NCBI RefSeq assembly: GCF_026571515.1
Contig: NW_026859933.1
Coordinates: 496,001 to 560,000 of the forward strand
Length of the DNA: 64,000 nucleotides
Direction of reading: 5' to 3'
Origin: Ruditapes philippinarum
Taxonomy: Eukaryota
Under the pieces are notes generated by a model. It made no database searches. It saw only the letters and a list, made by a program, of their open reading frames with translations, and was not told the DNA's origin. Position numbers and translations under genes: made by a program. Of the stretch, positions 25,886 through 38,571 are shown one piece after another. How positions within the stretch are numbered: the stretch's first letter is position 1; each line of letters starts with the position of its first letter.

Positions 25886-28327
25886 TCGTCACCTTGGAGC
25901 AAAAAGTAATGTAACTGACATTTTTTGAGAAAATCACTTTTTGTCATTATTTGGTTAGAAATACAAACTTTCACCAGTCTCTGAAGTTTAGAAGCTGAAT
26001 TTTGATAAAAAATGACTTTTTTGGCATAAAAATAAAAAATGTAAGTGCAGCTTCAGAATTTGTTGGTGCAAAAACTACAGTAAGTACACTTACATGAGTT
26101 TTTGCGCCAATGTTTATACAGATAAGTTGAAAATAATTTGATGCAAAAAGTATTGTAACTGCATTAAAATATTTCACTACTGCATTATTAAATAGCAAAA
26201 TTATTTCTAAAATACAAATTTTATATATAAATCTACTTTAGGAAACTAACATTTAAAGAAAATGTTTTATTTTAATTTAACAACAAACAATATAGCTAGG
26301 AATATTTCAGTATTCAAATTTTGTTGATATTTTTAAATGATTCAAGTAATATAAGAGCTGTCATTGATTCGGTGGAAAACAAATTTATGATGAAAAAATT
26401 TTGATGATACACAGATATATTGATAATTACGTACTACTTGTCTCTTAATTCTTTTTCATAATTGTTTAAATGCTTTCAGTAAAAACATGGTCTTTTCATA
26501 AATGTGAATGCCCATTGCATGATTTTTGCTACCAATTTTTTGTCATCACTGGCTCACTGCCATGAAATATGCTTCTGCATAATTATGTTTTGGTTGAATT
26601 TTCATAATTTCTAGACATTCAATTATTAAATCAAAATTATCGATTGTCTAAAACAAAAAATTATCAACGATACACATCAATATCATTTCTATTGATGACA
26701 GCTCTAAGTAATTTTTTTTTCAATTGTTTACTCAATTATTTATTATAAAAATAAAGATAAAACTTGCTTAGAAGATTTACATTCTTATTGCATTATATAA
26801 GGACAACTGCATTATAAAAATGTAACTGCAATTTCACTGTTTATAGCCCTGGAAAGAAACAGTTGCTAACATTGGTTTATCTTTTCTATTTTAATTTCTA
26901 TAAAAACATGGCAGACAAAAGCATGTAATCTGTTTCAATAATATGTTGGTCAAAACCATAATTGCTAGTATGTTAAGTCTTATGTGGTGCATCTACAACT
27001 CCCATACATCTACAACTCTGCATTCATACATATAGAATGGGGTCTATTATCAAAAATTAGAATGACTCAGTTCATTCTCTATGTCGTGCAAGTAAACACT
27101 TTAATTAACAGAAAATCTCAATTTTCAAAGACCCAAACCACATTATGTCACAGAAATTAATCTAAATTTTTATATAAAATCAAAGGTATTAAACCATGGT
27201 AGTGATATGGTGTATAATGTTTAAAGTTTGGTGGCAGGAAATAAGACAATTTGAATTCAATAAATCAAAATTTTGAAAAGAAGAAGCAATGAAAACAAAA
27301 TTATATATAAAAATTGAAGTCTGTTCATGAGATATAATATAAAAGGATCTCACTGGGATATGTTGGACAAGAAAAGTTTAGGATTCTTAGCAGGTTCATC
27401 CAAAATCTCGACTACATCCAACCAAAATGTTCAGAAAAGTTCAAGATTCCTAGTGGTTTTATCCAAAATCTCAAAGTCTATGTCCCTGTGATGGTTGGAT
27501 ATTATTGAGACATAGATATTATGATATATAGATCTCCAAATGCCCCTTTTTATAACAAATACATAAATAAACTGTACCATTAGAAAATGACAACAGTAAA
27601 AAACATGGTTAATAAGTTGTCACGTACTTCACTTCAGTGTTGTTATGTTTTTTCTGGTCCTCTGTAATCATTGATTCCAGCACTTTTAAGTGTTGAAAAT
27701 TGAGTACAGCTTAAGTCGGTGCTAGGGGGCGTGAGGGATGTTGCACTTTTCATTATTGCTCATGTACAGACTTAATCAAGTGAGTCTGCAGTTTTCATGT
27801 AATTTTGTTGTGATTAATGCTTACATTTACTTTGAAATTAAAAAAAATACACTGCTTTGGATTTACTGTTACTGTTTAAAATTAATTTTAAAATATTCAG
27901 TTTTTAAACTTCCTTTCATATGTTTAATGTATTAAATGTGGTTCATAATCCACAATGACCTATTTTAAACAAACCTTACAATTAATTTGTTTGTAATAAA
28001 CATCTTTCAATGTCTATGCAATGCAGTAACTTCGATACTTAAAATTAAAGTTAGTGCAAAAACTATGGTAAGTGCACTTACATCACTTTTTGCGTTTAAA
28101 ATCACAGTGCAAAAAGTCATGTAAGTGTAGAAGAATGTCTAATTACTTTTTATACATAAATGAATAATTGTAATGTTTAAAACCAATTTAATAATACTTA
28201 TTAATGATATTTTAACATTATTGTCTGGAATTAAAAGGGTTTACTCAAAATGAACAAATCAGTTTTTTGTGTCTCCTGTAAAATTTCAAAAATGTCAGTT
28301 ACAGTACTTTTTGCGCCAAGGTGACGA
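25886..28327. mobile_element. ~2.4-kb non-coding TIR DNA element with probable TA target site
   Basis: ~40-bp TIR TCGTCACCTTGG(A/C)GCAAAAAGTA(A/C)TGTAACTGACATTTT, flanked by TA. Palindromic subterminal repeats at ~26066-26108 and ~28055-28094. Confidence 0.75.
26353..26706. mobile_element. hAT-like MITE (same family as 15620-16944) nested in the 2.4-kb element
   Basis: TIR AAGAGCTGTCATTGAT / ATTGATGACAGCTCTA; 8-bp flanks AGTAATAT and AGTAATTT (7/8 match). Confidence 0.75.
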
Positions 28328-28348
28328 TATGACGTACAGTTCAATCCC

Positions 28349-28635
28349 TGAATTTATTTGTTTGTTTGTTTGATTGGGTTTTACGTCACACCGACACAGT
28401 ATAGGTCATTTGGCGACGTTCCAGCTTTACTGGTGGAGGAAGACCTCAGGTGCCCTTCCATGCATTATTTCAGGCACAAACGGGCACCTGAGTAGAACCA
28501 CCGACGTTCCGTAAGCTAGCTGGATAGCTTCCTCACATGAAAGAATCCAAAGTCCCTGTCGGGATTCAAACCCACAGCGGTGAGGGGCAAGTGGTTTGAA
28601 GTCAACGACTTTAACCACTCGGCCACGGACGCCCC
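28349..28635 (-). mobile_element. Full-length tRNA-Ser-derived SINE
   Basis: Head GGGGCGTCCGTGGCCGAGTGGTTAA (A box) ... GGTTTGAATCCC (B box), internal inverted repeat CTCAGGTGCCC/GGGCACCTGAG, and an (AAAC)n tail. Highly similar to the copy at 62074. Confidence 0.9.
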
Positions 28636-29014
28636 AATCCCAATCCCTAGAGATATGGCACACCATCTATTTATGGTGCTCTTATGTAACAATTTTTTTC
28701 TGAAGCAGAAGTAATGGACTGGACACAATTCAACAATACCAAGGGTTATATTACAAATACACATTCAATCCTCAGCTGTGACCATGCACCTTGGACTTAA
28801 ACATGTGAAGTTAAAATTTTTTTTCCGATCCCTTCATGCATGCAGAAGCTATGGACCGGACCCTTCATGAAGAACATACTTTCTCGAAAATGCACACAGA
28901 CAAATGAAACATTAAATGGCTCCATAATGTACCAGTTGATTAATTAGGTAAGATAATTAAAGGCTGAGAATATGTAACAGTTTTTATTTTCTAAACGTTA
29001 ATACATTACAATTA

Positions 29015-32000
29015 TCATTTCAGTTTTACACTTCTCTTGATACCAGCTCGGATACCAGAAATCTCTCCACCATACTTGTGCATCTCTGTTCTTGGTTCTC
29101 TGTACTGTTAAACAAAAACAATTTATGACAGCAACTTATAATCATATAATTTAATTGAGACAATTCAATTACAAGAGTATGATTTAAGTGAACATAATTT
29201 GTCTTCTTTCATCATAGGCAAACATGTTAAATGATTCTTTGAAAAATTCATGCCATAATGATTTCAAATATGGAGTCAATTTTATTTTAACATTGTAAAT
29301 ATACCAAGTTAAAATTCTATCATGGCAAATGTTATAGGCATATAACATTCAAATACTGAACACATCATTTGTGTTCTATACATATATATCCTGATCAGAA
29401 ACAATACAAAGGCTGGTGATTATTTATAAACTCCCAATACTGGCCAAGTAAATTAACTTATTTGCTATTATTTTCCTCAGATTTTAAATCATTTAACATC
29501 AAAGTTATAAAATTATCTCAATTTATGTAATTGACTTATACCTGTCCTTTCCTCCTTATTTTTGCCTTTCTGTATTTCATTCTGTGTTTTACACGTGGAT
29601 TACGTAACTCTTTCTTCTTGTGAGCTGTCAGCCCCTTGTTCTTCTCAATCTGATCACAGAAATAGAGAATGTCTCAACAAAATGAAATAAAAAATATTTA
29701 CAGTTTCCCTTTAATTTTCTAACATTTGTAGGATATCATTTGTAGGATACTTAACATTTCTGAAATGGAGCTAAATTTCTAGTCTTTTGTCCTAGCATAA
29801 TTATAAAATATAAGATCAAAAATACATCAAAATCCACTATTAATATTTGATTCAAACTAGAGCTTATAGAGAAAAGATTTTGATAAAATGCTTATAATTT
29901 CAGTTATTGTTGTCTGAAAAACAATTTCAAAGAAATTACTTAAAACTTGGATCTGTAAACATATAGACTCTATTGAACTTCAGTTAACGCATATAAAACA
30001 AACCTGGTAAGATATTCCTCTTTTACCATCCATATCTTCATCACCGTCATCCTGCTCTTCATTGTTATCCTCACCTTCCTTATCACTGTAAATGGATAAT
30101 ATTGACATTGTTACTGCATTGTTTCATACAACATTTTTACCTATGAAAAACATAAATGTCCCAAAAACAACTTCAAGTTGTGACTTTTGACATAAATTTA
30201 ATTTTTAACACTTGAATGTAAGAGTTACAGGCAAGGTCTGACTCATCTAGAATGTCACAAAATTCTAAAATATTTAATGGAAAATGCCCATGAATAATAT
30301 CAAATAAATTTTATTTTTGGTTTAATAAAAATTGAAAACTTTGATAGGGTAAAAAATCCCTGACACATCAATGGTTCATATTATAACAGGATTTCAAGCA
30401 AACTGTACATGCAGTTTCATTCAAGTTTATTTTAATTTACAGAATTTATGCTTGTATTTGCCTGATAAAAGTCAATAATGCTTGGTATCTTTAAAACAAA
30501 TCCTCTTTTATTTACCTTTCCCTGTCTTGTTCCTCGTCTTCATCAGATAGTTCGGGTCTACCAGCTTTCATCATTTCATAATATTCTAAAGCTTCTCTCT
30601 CTCCTTTAGTCTCATACCTCTTCTCATTCTACAATTATTAGTAGAAATAGTATTACATTGACTTACAAATACAACCCTAAATACACATAAAAATATTTTT
30701 AATTGGATACCTTTGGAAGTTTAGGAAACAGAACTTAAATTCTTAATTAAAAATAAAAAAGACATAGCATAAAGTAAATATCTATGCTCAACATAGTTGC
30801 CCTTGATGATAACCAATAATATTGATCCTGAAAATATGTACGAGGTTTCAAGAGAATAGCTTCAGTGGTTCATGAGTTATGAAGTTACAGGCAGAAAATA
30901 AACCAATGTGTTTACCTATTATCTCTAATTGTAATAATTTGAAACTTCAAAATGTTAGTGTGACCTTGACCTTTGAAGTAGGGACGCGACACATTGTCTT
31001 GATGTGGTAGACATTTGTGCCAAGCTATTTCAAAATCCCTTAATGTATGACAAAGTTACAGTCCGTACAGGAAAGAAGTGGGGATGCACAGACAGACGTA
31101 CTTACAAAATGGTACTTATGTGACTTTTCCTTTGATCTTTTTAGCCATTTTTTAGTCAAACAAGGCTTAATAAAAGTCACACAAGTAAAAACGGAATGAA
31201 TATGATCAAAGAGAATTTACTGTTACCTATTGTTCTCCAAGTCACACAAGTACCTCTGGGTTTGTACAGACAGACAATGTGATTCTAATATGCAGCCCTT
31301 TGGGGGGCATAAAAATATATATTAATGATAAACTCAAAAGACTTACCTTACTATCTTCCTTAACAGCACCTGGAGTTACGACCTTTTCTTTATGTTTCTT
31401 TGCATGTGCTTTTCTGTCCTTTTCTTTAATTCTACCAAAATAATAAACATCACTTAACTAAAAACATTATCCAATCTTTTATGAAGACTGTCAGTAAAGT
31501 GGCATTACCATGGGATCCTGGCAACAGTCTTCTGGTTTTGGTGAGACACATTTTGATCTTGTTTAGTGATTTTTTTTTATACTTTACAAGTACTTTACTA
31601 GTATCATATATAGTACATGAAAATTAAACATAAACCCAAGACTTGATGTTATTTATCCCAGGAAATTAAATCTTATTGTAGACACATCAATATTGGCAAA
31701 AACAGTTTATGTCAAAATGAAGTAATAGTTACTGACAAATGAAAAACCATGTAATAGTTACTGACAAATAAAAAACAATGTAATAGTTACTGACAAAAGA
31801 AAACCAATCATTTTGCAAACAAGAAACATGGCAATGCCATGAAACCAGGTTTTCAATTATCACCATTGTAGATAAATATGTTGTATTTGAAATACAAATA
31901 CAAGCAACAAACAATGTAACTATGTGCAATGTTAAACATGAATAATGTAGGAGGAATTGCCACAGAGGAAGTGTTCACTATAATTATATTCTGTATAAGG

Positions 32001-35000
32001 AAAAAAAACAAAGGGCCATAATTAAAAAAAAAATTATTCAATCACAAAACCCCGACAATATGCGCCAGGGCACTGGATGACAAAGCTTCAGTAACTGTGA
32101 AAGTTTGAACAAAATCCGTTGAGAAATGTAGGAGTTCAGCACAGAAGAATTTTTCACTATATATTCTGTATAAGGAAAAAAACAAAAAAACACAAAACCC
32201 CGATAATGAGAGCCAGGGCACTTGATAACAAAGCTTCTGTGAAAGTTTGGTCAAAATCTGTTAAGAAATGTAGAAGTTGCCGGGGTAAAAATTGTTCACT
32301 ATATAATCTGTATAAGGAAAAAAACAAAGGGCCATAATAAGGTCAAATATTATACAATCACAAAACCCTGACAATATGCCCCAAGGCACTTGATGACAAA
32401 GCCTCTGTGAAAGTTTGGTCAAATTCCGTTGAGAAATGTAGGAGAAGTTGCCAGGGTAAAAATTGTTCACTATAATTATATCCTATATTGGGAAAATAAA
32501 CAAAGGGCAATAATTTGGTCAAATATTATCCAATCACAAAACCCCGACAATATGCGCCAGGGCACTTGAGTACAAAACCTCTGTGAAGGTTTGGTCAAAA
32601 TCCATTGAGAAATGTAGGAACAGTTGGACACAGAAGAAATTATTCACTATATATTCTATATAAGGAAAAAAAACAAAGGGCCATAATTAGGTCAAATATT
32701 ATCCAATCACAAAACCCTGACAATATGCACCAGGTCACTTGATGACAAAGCTTCTGTGAAAGTTTGGTCAAAATCCGTTGAAAAATGTAGAAGTTGCCGG
32801 GGTAAAAATTGTTCACTATATAATCTGTATAAGGAAAAAAACAAAGGGCCATAATAAGGTCAAATATTATACAATCATAAAACCCTGACAATATGCCCCA
32901 AGGCACTTGATGACAAAGCCTCAGTGAAAGTTTGGTCAAATTCCGTTGAGAAATGTAGGAGAAGTTGCCAGGGTAAAAATTGTTCACTATAATTATATCC
33001 TATATTGGGAAAATAAACAAAGGGCAATAATTTGGTCAAATATTATCCAATCACAAAACCCTGACAATATGCGCCAGGGCACTTGAGTACAAAACCTCTG
33101 TGAAGGTTTGGTCAAAATCCATTGAGAAATGTAGGAACAGTTGGGCACAGAAGAAATTATTCACTATATATTCTATATAAGGAAAAAAAACAAAGGGCCA
33201 TAATTAGGTCAAATATTATCCAATCACAAAACCCTGACAATATGCGCCAGGTCACTTGATGACAAAGCTTCTGTGAAAGTTTGGTCAAAATCCGTTGAAA
33301 AATGTAGGAGAAGATGCGCACAGAAGAAATTGTTTACGCCCGCCCGTCCGCCCGCCCGCCGACATACCTCAATCTTATAACCACTTTTTTCCTTCGGAAA
33401 ACCTGGTTAATAAAACAATGAAACAAAACACTTTCATATTTTAAAATTTATGTTTGTACACATCACAACATATTAAGCTTAAATATACTAATAGTGAGAT
33501 ACAATCAGGTAATGTCAGATACACATATGTGACTGGGGAAGAAGATAAAACTTACCATGTTAATTTGTCCCAAAACTGAAGGCATTTGTTAGAACATTAG
33601 ATGTTCATTATCAAGATAGGTTTATAAAATATATTATATAAGACATACCTGACAAAAGTTCTTGTTTTCTCTATGTTCTTGTCAAATTCTACATCTTCAC
33701 CATTGTTAAGTTTCTCTACTATTTCATCTATCTCCTCTTTCATCTGTTCATCTAGTGGTTCCAATTGCTTCATTATCTAATAACAATACATAATATATAT
33801 ACATGCAATTTGTAATACATGGTAATTTTGCTCTCTACAACTTTAATTAGTTATACAATTTGTGCTTTACCTGTGTCAAAAACAATTTGAACAGATTAGT
33901 AAACATGTTGACCCTACATATAACAAAATGTTGTTTATCCTAAACAAGGTATTAGAGATTTTCATTTCGTATATAAATCAAGTAGAATGGAAGTGTGCAT
34001 GTTTTTTTTCTATTACAATAATGCACCCCTCCTCCACTGTTCTTATTCCCTCATGTACAATTTACAGTTATGTTATGATGTCCACCATAATTTGTTCATT
34101 CCAGATAAATGCGTTTACCCTCTTATCATCAGTACATTCAACAACTAGGTTACTGAATGAAAATTAACATTCTACAGTCTACAAAAATTTGTTATACACA
34201 AAATATTTGTGCGACTGATAAATGTATCAACAATTTTACTGTAGATTGGAATAGCCCTTTAGTCCAACAATGTTTTCTGACCCTTTTATCATACATAGGT
34301 ATTAGAAAAAAAATATATCTTAATTTTGAGAGCTTTATGGAATAATATTGCATAGTACATGTATGCAAGTCATTCAGATGTTTGTGAACATGGCCTATGA
34401 CTTTCATGATTATATTTCTGCAGAGCTGAACTCTATACCGTGCAATATCATACCATAATGCATTCAATATCAAGGTATATTTTCTAAATATAAACTAGCA
34501 TCCAGTAAATCATACACTACAAGTCAATAACCAAGCAAGGTTTTGAATATTGTTAACAGTACAAGCCTGTTTATACCAGCTTCTTATGAAAGAAGCAAGA
34601 GAATATTAACAATTTGAACAAAAATAATCCTTCTTAAAATGGTCTTATTTTTATTTCAGGTTTTTTCTCCCCGTTTGTTTTTTCATTGCACCAACACAGT
34701 ACAGGTAATATGGCGACTTTCAAGCTTTTCTGGTGGAGGAAGACCTTCCTGGTGCCCTTCCGGGCATATTTCAAGTATGAACAGGCACCTGAGTAAAAAC
34801 AATAAAAAGACAAACATTAAAATGTGGTGCCACTTACATTTCTGTACTGTAACAATCTTTTGATGACAGGATGGTTATGTACTGGAGCTTGTTTAGCTTT
34901 CAACATCAAGTAGAACACAATATTGGTGCAGTAACTGAAATATAATAAAATATTGATACATTCACTAGAACATGAAACAAAATGCAATACAGGTACAGTA

Positions 35001-38000
35001 ACTGAATTGAAACAGAAAACAGTATTGGTGCAATAACTATAAATTAAAACACAACACACTATTGGTAGCTAACTATTGGTGGAGTAACTGAACTGAAACT
35101 GAATATATTTACAATATTGGTGTAGTTAGGCTTTGTCAGCAGGTGATAATTTATTATGCACCATCAGAGATCGAAAATTCCAATTGTCGGCTCGTAATTA
35201 CAAGTAGAATTTAAGAGAAATCTATGCAGGACGAGTAGAGAAATGTTGCCTGCACATTGGATTTAGAAGCTACTAGTCCTGCAGTATGAGTGACTCTAAA
35301 AATATTTTTCGATGCCTGACCATAATGACTTTGAGTTATGCTCTGGACAAAAAGTATGAAAATTTACAATAAAAAATAACTCCAAAATTATGCAAATGAA
35401 AATTTAAGTACTTAAGCAATACACTTCTTCTTGAGAGATCTATCCATCTATGAAGGTTGAATTCTAATACTATTTTAGTTATGATAATGGAGATTTGTAT
35501 ATTTAAGACAACATAAAAGTAACATATCAGAAAGTATTTAGGAAACTCGAACATTATCATATTGAACTACAGTAAGTGTCAAAACATAGAAGATTCATAA
35601 GACTTACTTCAAATCAAGTTTGAGTTTTGTAAGAACATAATCAACAGCTTTCCCTTTCAGGTCCTTCCTGTCTATCCAATCTTTCAAGGGGCATAACTTA
35701 TCTTGTACTTCTGTCATCTACAATCATTAATTGATCAATTCATTAATCTTATTTACATCAGCAAATATATCATCATTAAATATTTTCAGTCATTTTTGTT
35801 AAAGCATATTCATTTTTAGGTCAATTAAGAAAAAGCTTGAAGCTTATTTGAAAAAATTCCTGAGTCCACTTTTAGTAATTTTTTACAGTATTAGTGTCAT
35901 ATGATAATCAGGAAATACAACCGTGATCCTAGCAGGCTTTGAACCTATGGCCCCTGGGTTGAGAGGCAGACATTTTAACTGTGATAATATTCATATAACA
36001 AACCATCATTATTACATTAAAAACAAACCTTAGATTTAAAGTCTTCAATTAAGGTGATCAGTTCTGGAGACTCTTTCTTCAGCAGCTGTAATAAACAAAA
36101 CATTTAATGTTACAGCAGCTGTTAAAAAAGACCAACTATTCAATATTAAGAAGAATTTAAGTACACTTTTACATGCCAGTGAAAATACAATAAAACATGC
36201 TTTATTTGCGTTGCTTACAATTTTCATCTGAAGTTTGAAGTTAATCAGTTAACCGGAGTGTTAATGTCTCAAATTGTAAACTTCTCTTTTTGTAGTCTTA
36301 AGATATATTTTACATTTTTATGTTCATGTTTGTATTTGGAAAATATTTTTTTCTTGAAAAAGCAATATTAAATTTACCTTTATTTTTTCTCTCTTTGACA
36401 ATTTGGAGAGATCTTTTACAATCTTCTGTTCTTTCTCTGAGGTATCCTTCACTTTCTCTGATGGCTGTTTAGAGAAAAACAAACTTAGATAAACTTAATA
36501 TTGAGTCACTTCAACATTAACATTGTTATTGTAAATTCCAGACTACAGTAAATATGAAGTTTTTAATTATTTTTTACTTCAAAAATCTCATTCAGTAATA
36601 GAACAGCACCATTATAGAGATAATGATCAAATGCTGGTACTAAATGCACTTATATCACAAGTTTCATCTTCTCTAAATCAAGCTCACTCCCAAAAATTCA
36701 TCACAGAAACACTGACAACAGCTGTCTGAGAAGCAATACACTCCTCTTACAGAAAAGGGGACATTCTTTTCTCTTACGTCTAAAATGTACATCTCATTCA
36801 ACAAAGTTTATTAAAAATAAGTATGAAATATCAAATAAGTTGTTTTGTGGCTTAATAAATTTGTTTTTAACTTAAAAATTATTTTTAGCTTTAACTAAAA
36901 AAGGAAAAAAAATCAAAATCACTTTCCACATTATCTATGATACAATTTTTGTATAGAATTATGACATTGAATGCATATAACATCTCCACATAAAAAGTAT
37001 GACATCCTGGATAAGAGCATTGCTGCAACCATTCTGAAGCACTTACAAACAATATCAATCAGAAAATTTCAATACATAATGTAGACTCAACAAGATTGCA
37101 TTTGAGAAAAATGCTATGCCACCGCATTAATACCTAAGCTCTAGGTCTTTAGGGCATTTACAAGAAGGTATTTTAAGTTTTTGAAGCCTTGTACCTTGTA
37201 CCTACAGACAATAAGATTTTTTTATTTTTTACTATATGTATATATTGAAATTCAGTGACCCCCGGGGCGGGGGCAATTTTGACCCCAGGGCTATAATTTG
37301 AACAATCTTGCTAGAGGTTCACTACACAATGTTTCATGCAAAATATCTAACCTCTAGCATTTGTCAATTGCTAGAAGAATTTTTTTTAAAGTTTTTACTA
37401 TATACATATAACGAAAACCAATGACCCCCGGGACAGGGCCGATTTTGACCCCAGGGCTATAATTTGAACAATCTGGGTAGAGGTCTACAACACAATGCCT
37501 TATGCTCTAGGCCTTTTGGGTCTTTACAAGTAGGTATTTAAAGTTTTTACTATATGTACATATAGTGAAAATCAATGACCCCCGGGGCAGGGCCGATTTT
37601 GACCCTAGGGCTATAATTTGAACAATCTTGGTAGAGGTCTACCAGGCAATGCCTTATGCAAAATATCTAAGCTCTAGGCTATTTGGGTCTTTACAATAAG
37701 GTATTTTAAGTTTTTACTATATGTACATATAGTGAAAATCAATGACCCCCGGGGCAGGGCCGATTTTGACCCCAGGGCTATAATTTGAACAATCTTGGTA
37801 GAGGTCTACCAGACAATGCCTTATGCAAAATATCTAAGCTCTAGGCCTTTTGGGTCTTTACAAGAAGATTTTTTAAGTTTATTCTTATAATTCCTTTTGG
37901 TTGCCATGGCAACCACATTTCTGCATGGAATGAAATTCTTTGAACAACTTTGGAAGCCCTTCACCAAAGGATCAATCCTGTCAAGTTTGGTTGAAATTGG

Positions 38001-38533
38001 ACTATTGGTTTTTCACAAGAAGATTTTTTACGTTCACTATATAATCTATATAACAATGACCCGGGGCGGGGCCTATTTTTGACCCTAGGGCTATAATTTG
38101 AACAATGTTGGTAGAGGTCTACCAGACAATGCCTTATGCAAAAATATCTAAGCTCTAGGCTATTTGGGTCTTTACAATAAGGTATTTTAAGTTTTTTACT
38201 ATATGTACATATAGTGAAAATCAATGACCCCGGGGCGGGGCCGATTTTGACCCAGGGCTATAATTTGAACAATCTTGGTAGAGTCTACCAGACAATGCCT
38301 TATGCAAAAATATCTAAGCTCTAGGCCTTTTGGGTCTTTACAAGAAGATTTTTTTAAATTTGTTCTTATAATTCCTTTTGGTTGCCATGGCAACCAGATT
38401 TCTGCATGGAATGAAATTCTTTGAACAACTTTGGAAGCCCTTCAACCGAAGGATCAATCCTGCCAAGTTTTGGTTGAAATTGGAACTACTGGTTTTTCAC
38501 AAGAAGATTTTTTAAGTTCACTATATAATCTAT

Positions 38534-38571
<38 letters not shown>

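Noticed and set aside
28427-28666. 79-aa ORF nearly identical to the 71-aa ORF at 62068-62283 (apparent paralogues)
   Set aside because: Both are translations of the same SINE family, which has Pol III boxes, a tail and a TSD.
32042-32987. Repetitive Cys/Phe-rich ORFs
   Set aside because: They derive from the ~172-bp repeat array inside a UTP3 intron.
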